This document shows positions 30,393-40,203 of a DNA stretch of 64,000 nucleotides, piece by piece (the first letter of the stretch is position 1; the number at the start of each line of letters is the position of its first letter). Below the pieces are notes generated by a model. It had not been told where the DNA came from, searched no databases, and saw nothing but the letters and a program-made list of their open reading frames with translations. The translations under genes and the position numbers were made by a program. Origin of the DNA: Candidatus Krumholzibacteriota bacterium (GTDB taxonomy: Bacteria > Krumholzibacteriota > Krumholzibacteriia > JAJRXK01); NCBI GenBank assembly GCA_963764625.1, contig CAVXTH010000006.1, forward strand, positions 384,001 to 448,000, read 5' to 3'.

Positions 30393-31400
30393 ATGATTCG
30401 ATTCGGCATCCTGGGCTGCGGGCTTCACGGAGAGCGCTACCTGCGTCACATGCTCAACGACACGCCGGAGCTCAGCGAGCCGGTGTGCCTGTGGCGGCGA
30501 AGCGCCGTAGCGCGCAAGCAGCTGGAAGAGAGTTACGGCGTGCCGACCGTGGGTACGCTTGCCGAGCTCTTGGCGGTGGAGGGAATCGATGCCTACCTCG
30601 TGACCACTCCCCCCGGTCTTCACGCCCAAGAAATCGAAGAATTACTTCCCCTGGGCAAACCGATCCTTTTGGAAAAGCCGGCGACCGCCACTCTGAAGGA
30701 GGCGGACGAACTCTGGAAAAGCCACCCGGATCTGCCCCGGAGGGCCTTGATGGTGGCCCAGACCCTGCGCTTCAATGCCACTCTCCTGCGCGCGCGCGAG
30801 ATCCTGGACGGCTTGGGCGATCTGCACCGAATTCGCGTCCAACAACGTCTACAGCCCACGAGCCTCGCCTGGCAAAAAGACCCCCAACTCTCAGGGGGGG
30901 GCTCGCTGACCCTGACCGGGGTGCACCTCTTCGACGTCCTTCGATGGTTTGTGGGAAGGAGTCCCGATTCGGTGAGCGCGCGTGTTCTGGCCGTCGACCA
31001 GTTTCCCACCTCGAATCTCTTCGATGCCTGTTTCGAATACGAGCTCGAGCCGATTTTGTGCGCGACAGAAGTGAGCAAGTTCTCCGACACCCGCTCGTGC
31101 GTGATGGAGCTCGTCGGAAGCCGAGGGCAGCTGGTGGTGGACTATCACCACGGATGGATCGATCGTCACTTGGGCAATGGTTCGGAGAGAATGGAGACTC
31201 TGGGAAATCCGCCTACCCTGCCGGAGACGCTGCGCGCATTCTGTCATTCGGTCAAACAGGGTGGCTCGATGCCCATAACCTTTCATGACGGCAGAGAGAC
31301 CCTGCGGATGGCGGAAGCCGCGCGCGTTTCGAGTCTCGAAGGCCGCCGCGTTCGACTCGAGGAGATCGCCCCGGAAGACGAACCGGGAAATCCAAGCTGA
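30393..31400 (+). CDS. Gfo/Idh/MocA family oxidoreductase
   Basis: GILGCGLHG Rossmann motif, LLEKP, GGG...GVHLFD. Confidence 0.9.
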   Translation: MIRFGILGCGLHGERYLRHMLNDTPELSEPVCLWRRSAVARKQLEESYGVPTVGTLAELLAVEGIDAYLVTTPPGLHAQEIEELLPLGKPILLEKPATATLKEADELWKSHPDLPRRALMVAQTLRFNATLLRAREILDGLGDLHRIRVQQRLQPTSLAWQKDPQLSGGGSLTLTGVHLFDVLRWFVGRSPDSVSARVLAVDQFPTSNLFDACFEYELEPILCATEVSKFSDTRSCVMELVGSRGQLVVDYHHGWIDRHLGNGSERMETLGNPPTLPETLRAFCHSVKQGGSMPITFHDGRETLRMAEAARVSSLEGRRVRLEEIAPEDEPGNPS

Positions 31401-31413
31401 GGAGGAGTTTCAC

Positions 31414-32199
31414 ATGCAAGCTAGCCGCACTGGGATCGTCTTGGCGGTGCTCCTGTTCCTGGCCACCTGGGCTCCGGCCAAGGCGAGAGCCCAGAGTCAG
31501 CTGGACTACTGGCAGGTTCTCGCGTTGGACCGAGTGGCCTTCAGGATGAAGACCGTGGCCTTGATGCCCGCGACCGACGAACCGGGTCAGATCATGGTGT
31601 ACGGAGATCGCTACGGCTACTTGAGGGCCAACCAGGTGACCGGGGATGGGAGCGTCGAGATCTGGCGGAGCCGAACCCTAGACGGTGAGGTCTGGGAGGT
31701 GATGGTCGAGGATCTCGATGGAGACGGCAGGGTCGAAATTCTCTGCCGGACGCAAGGGGGGCGCCTCTATGTGTTCGACGACACTTTCAATCCGAAGTGG
31801 GAAAATCTGCGCGAGGACTACCAGGAAATCTCAGCCATGGCCATCGCCAACATGGACGATGATCCGGCCTACGAGTTGGTCATTCTCGGGGACGGACACA
31901 TCGACTACATCGACGGCAAGGACTTCACGCGCCAATTCCGTTCGACCCAAACCTACAGTGCCTCGGAAATCGCGGTGGGGAACGTGGACAGTGATGCGAA
32001 TCTGGAGATCGTGCTCAATACCGGTCTGGTGCTCGATGGCACCAGGCTCGAGCCTAAGTGGAGCACCGATGATTTCGGCACGATAATCGAACTTCTGGAC
32101 ATCGACGGGGACGGGATCCAGGAGATTCTCGGTTACGATGACAACGGGAAGATGAAGATCTACGAGGCCGATCAGCAGCAGGAGAAACCGGTTCGTTGA
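31414..32199 (+). CDS. Secreted FG-GAP/VCBS-repeat protein
   Basis: Signal peptide AKARA; repeats DLDGDGRVEI, NMDDDPAYEL, NVDSDANLEI, DIDGDGIQEI; RBS GGAGGAG. Confidence 0.8.
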   Translation: MQASRTGIVLAVLLFLATWAPAKARAQSQLDYWQVLALDRVAFRMKTVALMPATDEPGQIMVYGDRYGYLRANQVTGDGSVEIWRSRTLDGEVWEVMVEDLDGDGRVEILCRTQGGRLYVFDDTFNPKWENLREDYQEISAMAIANMDDDPAYELVILGDGHIDYIDGKDFTRQFRSTQTYSASEIAVGNVDSDANLEIVLNTGLVLDGTRLEPKWSTDDFGTIIELLDIDGDGIQEILGYDDNGKMKIYEADQQQEKPVR

Positions 32200-32217
32200 G
32201 CCGGGCGTTGCCGAGTG

Positions 32218-32253
32218 AAAAAAACCCCGTCGAGAAATAACTCGACGGGGTTT
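32218..32253. terminator. Strong, probably bidirectional intrinsic terminator
   Basis: 13-bp stem AAACCCCGTCGAG/CTCGACGGGGTTT; U7 tail on the minus strand; lies between convergent genes. Confidence 0.85.
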
Positions 32254-32284
32254 CATCCACTCAGGTCTTCGTCACGTTCCAATC

Positions 32285-32353
32285 TCATTTACGTAACCAC
32301 CAGAAGATGTCGACGCCCAAGATGAAGAGGCTTGCGATCGTTGCGAGTTGCAT
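32285..32353 (-). CDS. Putative 22-aa hydrophobic small peptide MQLATIASLFILGVDIFWWLRK
   Basis: RBS GAGGGAG 5 nt before ATG; TGA about 30 nt before the terminator; below the ORF-track length cutoff. Confidence 0.5.
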   Translation of the reverse strand: MQLATIASLFILGVDIFWWLRK

Positions 32354-32425
32354 GATTGCTCCCTCGATGGGACCCCGGACCGAATGTGACGAGACGCACG
32401 CGGCACCGGAGTCACTGACGGATTG

Positions 32426-34938
32426 TCATGCTTTAGCAACAGCAGATACCGTGCCAGGGACTCCATCCTGGTGGAACTTGAGAACCAACAGGGTCTTATC
32501 GTCCGTCGCCTCCCCTTCGGAAAACTCGGAGACGGCCTGAAAGACAGCATCTCGGATGGATTTTGCCTCTTGGTCGACCCTAGCCGTCAATTCTCGGACG
32601 AAACGGGGAAGACCGAAGGAATCCGCGCTCTCATTCTCCTCGTCGACGATTCCATCGCTGTAGGCGGCGACGACGTCGCCCGGATGCAGGCGAATCCAAC
32701 CATCGAAATAATGGGAGTTGGGAAGAACACCGAGGACCGGACCGCCGCGAGTGAGACTCTCCACACGACCCTCCGCGCTGCGCCACCACAGGGGAGGATC
32801 GATTCCCGCGGTGCAGTAGTTGAGCATGCCGCTTTGCGGATCGAAGATGCCCAGGAAACAGGCGATGAAGTGATGCTCCGCCGTCATGCCGTGCACCTGT
32901 TGGTTGAGGTGGTCGGCGATTTCGGAGCTACTCATGGAGGGCCTCGCCGTCTCCCTGAGCGCGGCGCGGACACTGCTCATCAACAAGCTGGCGGGCACTC
33001 CTTTTCCCGAGGCATCGGCGACCGCAATGAGGATGCGCTGATCGGGAAGTTCGAAGTAGTCGAAGACGTCTCCTCCCACCTGGCGGCACGGAACCATGCG
33101 GCCACTGAGCGAGAAGTTGGTCCCGTCTAGGTCCGGCGCAGGTAACAGTTGTGCCTGGATCTCGCGCGCGAGGTCCATCTCCGCAGAGATGCGCTCGCGG
33201 GCCAGGTCTTCCCGATGCATGAGGGCATTCTCCAAACTGATTCCAGCCTGATTGAGCAGCAGTCGGAAATGGTACAGCGCCACTTCGCCATAGATTTCGC
33301 CGGCGAGGGCGGGCCCCACCACGAATAGGGCGAGCGCTTGGTCTCGACCCCACAACGGAGCGAGCACCGTCGCATCGGTGGTGCCCAAGAACTGTTGACT
33401 GGAGCCGTCGAGGGGGAAGGGTCGAGGACCGGTCAGTTCGGGTTCGACCAGGAGCGGTTCCCGGCGCGAGAGCGTTGCGGTGAGAATGGATGAGTTGGAG
33501 TCGAGGGTCTGGGGAAGGGTCGAGTATTGCGGATCACCCTGGTGATCCTCGAGACTCAGCTGGTTGCCCTCGACTCGGTAAAAGCACACGTAGCGCGAGG
33601 GGAGAAGCTCCCCGCCGTGCGCGCACAAGAAGCGCGCCAGCTCCTGGGGAGAGCGCGTCCCGGTGAGCTCGGCCGTGAGCTGCCCGGCGCGCTGGCGCAG
33701 CTCGACCTGACCGGGATAGAAAATGCGGTCGATGAGCCTCGCGACGGGACGACGCGCGGGCACCGCCGCGATGCTGAGCGCGAAGATGGTGATAGTCGCC
33801 ACCAGGTAGATCATTCCCCGCCCGGTCCCTTCCACCCGCGATCCCAGTCCCAGGAAGAGAATGGCACCCAGGGCGGCCAGCGGCAGGGCGAGAGTCAAAG
33901 CGATCAACGCCTGACGCCCCAGATAGGCGATGTCGATGGTTCCGGTGCGCAGCAGGGCTACGCTGAAGGAGAGGGGAACGAAGGGTAGGAGCAGGAGACT
34001 GGCCTCCTCCAGAGGCGCAGGGTTCGCCGGCCACAGTTGTTGAGCCACCGTGGCGAGGGTGATGGGCAGAATCCCCAGGATCATCCCCACCAGGGTCAAG
34101 CGCAGTTTGCTCCAGAGAACCCAACGCTGTTCGCGGCGGATCTTCCGGTCGAAGACGACGATCGCGGCCACGATGTACACCGCGAAAAGAATGGCGGTGG
34201 CGAGTCCGACCCGGTTCACCATGGGACTGTCCGGAGGAACGGGAGAAATTACTGATGTAGAGATGGAAGAGCGCGAGAATCAGAGGAGGAGCCAGGAGCC
34301 AGCGATGGCGCGAACGTCCCGCGATCCCGGCGCCCTCGGGAAAGATCAGGAAAAAGCGCAAAAAGGCGGCAGGAAGCAGAAGGCCCGATGCGTTCCTGAG
34401 CAACTCCTCGAGCCGCATGATCCAGATCCAGGGAAAGGTCGGAAGGTCGAGCAAGAGGAACGCGAAGAGAATACAGATCGCGTAGAAGAGCCTTCCCAGA
34501 GCATCGTCTCGACGCAAGAACGTGATGAAGCCGAGGAAAACGAAGAGGAGCCCCATGGACGTGGCGAGGTAATCGCGAAATCTCCTCCCGGTACTGCGCT
34601 CTCCCATCTTCAGCTTCAGCTTCACTGCCTTGGACTGGCGGCGTAGCCTCCAGGACTGCCTCGTCACCGGCGTGCAGTCCGAAGGACGCGGCCTGGTAGG
34701 AGGCGTAGCCGGGAGTATTCTGCCCGTTTAACGAGAGGAGAACATCCTTGGGAAGAACCCCGGCCTCATCGGCAGGCCCGTCCGCGCGTACGGAGACGAT
34801 CTCGGTGCCGCGCAGGGACATTCCGCTGTCGGGCCGGCGCCACAGTTCCATCGAGCCGGGAAGCTCCAGGACGAGGAGCAGGGGGGCGAGGGCCAGGAGC
34901 ATGCGTCGACTGAGGCGGGAAGCGGATGGTCGGTGCAT
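32426..34938 (-). CDS. PDZ + multi-TM + GAF + PP2C (SpoIIE/RsbU-like) phosphatase, frameshifted near 34650 and 34240
   Basis: PDZ (GPADEAGVLPKDVLLSLNG), TM helices, VGGDVFDY, VADASGKGVPASLLM, YSDGIVD and DDKTL motifs spread over three frames. Confidence 0.82.
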
Positions 34939-35008
34939 GGCAGAGATCCCTCGCTCGAATCAAAAGACGGACGGACCCCGGGGAAGGGCGTTCCCGTCGA
35001 ACGGAATG

Positions 35009-38000
35009 CTATTTCAAGAGTACCATGGTTTTGCTGGATTGGTTGGTTTCGCCGCGCAGAAGTAGAAATAGGTGCCGGCGGAAACCGAGTGTCCGGCCGC
35101 ATCCGTTCCATCCCAGACCACGCGGTGCTCTCCCGCGGATAGCAACTCGTCGCGCAGAGTGGCGACGACCCGCCCCGACAGATCATAGATCTTGAGACTC
35201 GCTCGACCCGGCTGAGCCAGAGAGAACACGATCGTGGTGCGCGGATTGAAGGGGTTTGGGTAGTTCTGGCCCAAGACGAAGCGCGTGGCGGGGGCCGCGT
35301 CGAGAGAGAGGGAGAGCTCCGAGACACCCAGTTCGAGGTTCCCGCCCCCATCCTGCCAGTCAATGCGATAGCGCAACGAAGCGTGGGTCTGAATTCCCTG
35401 TGTATCATCCAGGAAGGAGATGCTGCCGTCTCGTGCCAGGAGGGGTTCGTCGTTTCTGAGTTCGAAAGGAGCGGAATTCACCGAGCGCGCGACGCGGAAG
35501 CTTCCCTCGACACCGAGCGGGACGTTCCAATTCAAGAGGACGCCCGTGCTCACCCGGCTGGCCGAGAGTTGTGAAATGAGCACCGGGACTCCCGTGGACT
35601 TCGCGGTCGTCAATTCCAGGCACCAGTCGAGGAGTCGTCCTTCATCACCTGCCGCCAGGTCCTTCACGACCAACGACCAATCTCCTTCCGCCGGTTCTCC
35701 CGAAAAGTCTGCCAGGGTTCCCGGCCCGTCGACCCGCGTGGAATCGGGATACAGGACGTGCAGATCGTCGAGGTCGCTGCCGGTGCGGTTGTGGAGAACC
35801 ACTTCGGTGCCCAGAGGCGAGCGCAGAACGACCTGCAGGTCCCCGCGCCAAGGGTGCTCGATGTTCACCCAGACTCGAAGCGCGTTGATCTCGCCGGATT
35901 GCGTGCTCATGAGGACCGAGCTCACTCCCTGTGAGTCTCCGTCGGGAATCACTCGTGTCGAGTCGTTGCAGCTCTTGATGACGGTGATCGGACGGAGTTG
36001 GAAATCGACGCCGCCGATCGTCTCTCCGTCTCCGAGGGTGAGCGACTTGGAAGCAGTTTCGAATCCGGCCGGGCCTTCCACCCAGATTTCATGGTTCCCC
36101 GAATACAAGGGGGCGAGAGAGTAGCCGCCGTCGGCGTCGGTGGAGGTGCTCAACCCGGAGGGTTCCTCCCAGACGCGCAGGCCCTCTACCACGGCGCTCT
36201 CGCTCGAGCTCACCGTACCGCCCACCGTGCAGTTGGGAGCCGGTTGGTCGGCGGTGAGGAAGTGGGCCGTGTTCTCGGCCAGGTCCGCGGCCAAGGCCGG
36301 GTCGCTCAGCTGAGAGTAGGCGAAGGCCCAGTACACGATCTGGGCGCTCGCGGGGCTGGTGTCGTTGTCGTAGACGAGAACCCCCGCGTTCGCCGCTTCA
36401 CTTTCGTTTCCGTAGAGGAGAAACGCATCCGTGGCAGGCACCATGGAATCCTGATCCCCGTATCCGCCGCTGGTGTCCACCGCGAGACTGGCGGGAAGAG
36501 AATTGGGGAAAGTGCGCAACGGCGTGTTCAAGGGGGTTGCGGTCAGAGCTCCGCTCGCGTCTCCCTCCCAGCGAAGCACGTGCAGGACTTCGTCGGCGAA
36601 CTGCGGGTAACCCGGATTGGAGGCCGCGTCGAACCCGATTTCACCACCTTCGATCAGCAGCTTGCCTCCGCTCTCGACCCAGGCCACGAGATTCGCCCGC
36701 AGGTTTGCATTCTCGGCCGGGGCCGTCGTCTGCCCGAACGAGGCCACCAGCAGATCATAGTTCTCCCAAGTTTGCGGATCGCTGCTCAGCGCGTCCTCCT
36801 CGGTAACGAGGAATCCGGCCGCGCTGAGGTCGGCGGTCAGGCGCGACGCGCTGACTCCCTTGACCTGACTCTCCGGGATGGGACTCTTCTGAAGCGAATC
36901 GAATTTGCGCGCGGCCGAGGAAGTAGTCTGTTCTCCGTTCAGGAGGAGCACTCTGCGCGGGGTGGCGATCACCGAGAACGAATGGGGCCCCGAGAGGGTG
37001 GTGTTGCCGTTGCTCGAAGCATCTCTGGCGGTAATGATGTAGGTGATCGAATCGCCCACCGACATCGCGAAGGCGGGGTAAGGGAACGGAGCCGCATACT
37101 GGTCGTTGCCCTGATCGACGAGATCGAAGTTCGGCATGAAGGCGCCATTTCGGTACCACCGGACACTCACGCTGAGAGACGCCCGAGGCGTCGTAGGCCT
37201 CGGCGTTGAGCGTGGGGGGCCAAAGTTCGATCGCCGTGTCGCCCAGCGGATCGTGATGGAGGGTGGGCGGAACCGAGTCACTGGCGACCGCGAAGGAATA
37301 AAAGCTCGCCAAGCCCCCTTGGGGCGAGAAGATCTCGACGCCCACCGAGTCTCTCGCACTTATCGCGTAGTCGATTCTTGCCTCGTGTCCGGGGCCCGGG
37401 ATCTCGCCGTGCCACTGATCGGGGCCCTGGTCCGCCATCACCACGATGGTCCAGGGGTCACTCGCACTGGCCCTCCAGTACAGGCGGACCGGATCTACCG
37501 TAGCCAGGGGTTTCACGTGTCCCACTTGCGCATCGACGGGATAGGGGCCATCGATGTTTTCGGTGGCGCTCAGCGGAGTGTGGACGATGTCGAGCTCGTA
37601 ACTGGGTTGGATTCCGTGCTCTTGATACGCGCTGTGAATTTCCGCGAGGTGTTGGCCCGAGAAGAGGGTCTCGTCGACTTGCAACATGGCATTGGCGAAG
37701 TCGACGAACTTCGCGGTGGTTCCGATGTGAAACAGCGATTCCACGACGAGCTCGTCGGTGGTCTGCTTACCCAGTTGGTTCCACAGGCGCCACCAGACGG
37801 CGGAGATGATCTCTCCGTCGGTGTGGATCTCGCCCACCATGTCCTGGGGGTAGACTTTCGTGGAGTCGGTGCGGCGCAGAAAGGGGGGCGGGCCAGGATT
37901 GTACGAGGTGGCGTCCCACTCGCCCACCAGGGGATTGGCGCCGAAGGTAGCCGCGACATAGTCGCCGAACGCTTCAGAGATCGCTCCGGTCTCTCCCGCA

Positions 38001-39313
38001 TTGGCAAAATCAGGCACGATGTTCTCGTGAATGGCATGGCCATATTCGTGGAGGACGATCTCTCCGTCCTCAGCGTCGTCGACGCCGCCGTCTCCGAAGC
38101 GGATGTCGTCGGTCACCGGGCTGTACATGCTGTTGTCCGCTGCGAGCGCGTGCGCGAAAATGCGGGTTGGCCGGTTGTTGGCGTCGAGGATTCCGAGCGA
38201 GGTCTGCAGATAATTCTGGAAGGCATCGATGTGCCAGTAGGCATTTACCGCATGAAACGACGATAGCGTGGAGTCGGCGCTGTAGTCGAACACCAATGAC
38301 GGTTCAGAGGGTTGCGTCGTGTAATCATTCCACGCGTCGACATAAGCTCCGCGAAGCAATCCAGATCCGTCCAGACGCTCCAGGGCCTGGTTCTCCCGAT
38401 AGCCATCGACCGGATCCCCATCCCGCAAATCGTAGCGCTCGGGGTGCCCATTGAGGGGATTGTCCACCAGGACCATTCCACTGCCTTGGCTCTGCAGCGC
38501 GGCCGGGTTGGTGACGAGATAGGGGGCAGGAAGAGTGGGCGGATCGAGGATGCGCGGAGCCGCACCGAGTTTCTTGCCTTCGGACATGGCGTTGGTGGTG
38601 CTCAGAACGCGCCCACTTACGGCGTCCACCTCGCTGACCCAGTCGCCCAGGGGAGCCCAGAGCGCCTGCGTCACTCTCCAGATGAGAATGCGACGCACGG
38701 GATCCAGCAGAAGCTCCACTCTTTCGGGCGCGCGCGGTTCTCCCTGCGCGCGCACCGCGCTCTTGGCTGCCGCCAGGGCGTCTTCACCAGCGACGGTCGG
38801 AACGGTCGACACACTCTCCAGACCAGAGCGATAGTGGTTATCGACTGCGATGATTCTCCCGGCGGGGTCCAGATGAACGCACACCCAACCGTCCTTCACG
38901 GGAACGCCCTGCACGAATTGCCGGCGCCAGAGATGAAGACCGCTCGCGCTGCGGCGCTCTCGGCTCACGCGAAGCTCGGCTGGGCCCGGTTGGTAAAGGC
39001 TCACCTCGCGACCGAAGAGCGCGAGAGCATGCTCTTGCAGGAAGGCTGTCGCGTGAGCCCGGGGATTTCCTGGAGGCGCCGGTCGCGACAGAATTTGGCG
39101 GGAAGCGTAGAGCTGGGGAGGGAGGGAATCGCCGATACTGGGCACGAGACGATAGCCCATGCGCCAGAGGGACGCGCCCTGGTCGCCAGGCGCAGTCGAT
39201 TGGCCTCGCGCCGGGGCGGCGAAGGCGAAGGGGATCAAAGAGAGAATGAGCCAACCAGCCCACGGAATCCGAGACCTCACAACGGCACCATCGACGGAGG
39301 AGTTCGCGACCAA
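35009..39313 (-). CDS. Large secreted M36/M4-like metallopeptidase with propeptide, P-domain and FlgD/T9SS-type tail, frameshifted near 37180 and 35060
   Basis: FTP/PepSY-like propeptide, DAEDGEIVLHEYGH...SEAFGD, P-domain HPWRGDL...G.W.L.V.D, QNYPNPFNPRTTI...KTMVLLK ending at TAG 35009; start may be 39280. Confidence 0.82.
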
Positions 39314-39399
39314 CCGGCGAAATTGACGGATAGCGCTTGAATTATAAGGCCTTCTCGCGGACCTTGAAAGAGTCCCACCCGCGTCGGGAGCCAGGAGAG

Positions 39400-40089
39400 A
39401 TGTTGCGTACCCTTACTTGCGCTATAGGTTCTACGTATATTCTCTTTTTGACCGGCTGCGGGAGTGGACCTCCCCCTCCGGTGGAGATCACTCACGTCGA
39501 GCCAGGCTTCGAGGAAGCGCTCCGGACGGGATTCTCGGTGGCCCCGGTCGACCGGAGCGAGCCCATCTATGGGGGAGCGGAGTCGCTGGCGGAGTTCACC
39601 AACGGGCTGTACTCCTCCTTGCTGGCGTTCACCGAAGGCGTCGAGATCACCGAACCCGGTGTCGTACTCAAACGCGTCAAGCACGGTGGCGACGAGGCGC
39701 TGGCGCTCTTCCGGAAGTTCCAGCGCGAGCGCATCAACAAGTTGCCGCTCTCCACCAGCGATTGCACGCGGATCTTCCCCCTGGTGCTCCAGCGCTTCTT
39801 GTTCGTGCCCTGGGTCGAAGAGCACGAGGAGGCGGGAGTCGAGGATACGGTCTCCGGAGAGTACACCACCAAGATCGACTTCGCGGCCGACCTCAACAAC
39901 GTGAGTTTCAAGCAGTACGAGGGGCAGCTCTCCGGGGAGATGATCGATCTCGTCAAGGGCGAGGTTGTGTGGCGAGGAGTGGCGCGATACAAGACGGGCA
40001 AGATCTTCATCGGAAATCGCCCCGAGGATCTCTGGGCCTGCCGCACCAAGGCCGCGACGAACCTCGCGCGTCTTCTCAGCCTCGATTGA
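39400..40089 (+). CDS. Hypothetical lipoprotein
   Basis: Lipobox LTG-C, RBS AGGAGA, C-terminal MIDLVKGEVVW motif. Confidence 0.72.
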   Translation: MLRTLTCAIGSTYILFLTGCGSGPPPPVEITHVEPGFEEALRTGFSVAPVDRSEPIYGGAESLAEFTNGLYSSLLAFTEGVEITEPGVVLKRVKHGGDEALALFRKFQRERINKLPLSTSDCTRIFPLVLQRFLFVPWVEEHEEAGVEDTVSGEYTTKIDFAADLNNVSFKQYEGQLSGEMIDLVKGEVVWRGVARYKTGKIFIGNRPEDLWACRTKAATNLARLLSLD

Positions 40090-40115
40090 CCCCCTTTCGT
40101 GCCCTGTGCTAATTT
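40086..40115 (+). promoter_or_regulatory. Putative sigma70 promoter for the valS operon
   Basis: TTGACC, 18-nt spacer containing an extended TG, TAATTT. Confidence 0.4.
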
Positions 40116-40203
40116 CTGCGTTTCTCGAGCCTTTTGGTGGGTGGAAGGGGCGGCTGCGTCCCGTTTCTTCAGTAGCGTCGCTTCGCGGCCTGGACGGTGG
40201 ACG

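Noticed and set aside
32218-32353. trp attenuator (tandem TGG codons plus terminator)
   Set aside because: No trp gene lies downstream on that strand (the next gene is convergent), and I found no convincing antiterminator.
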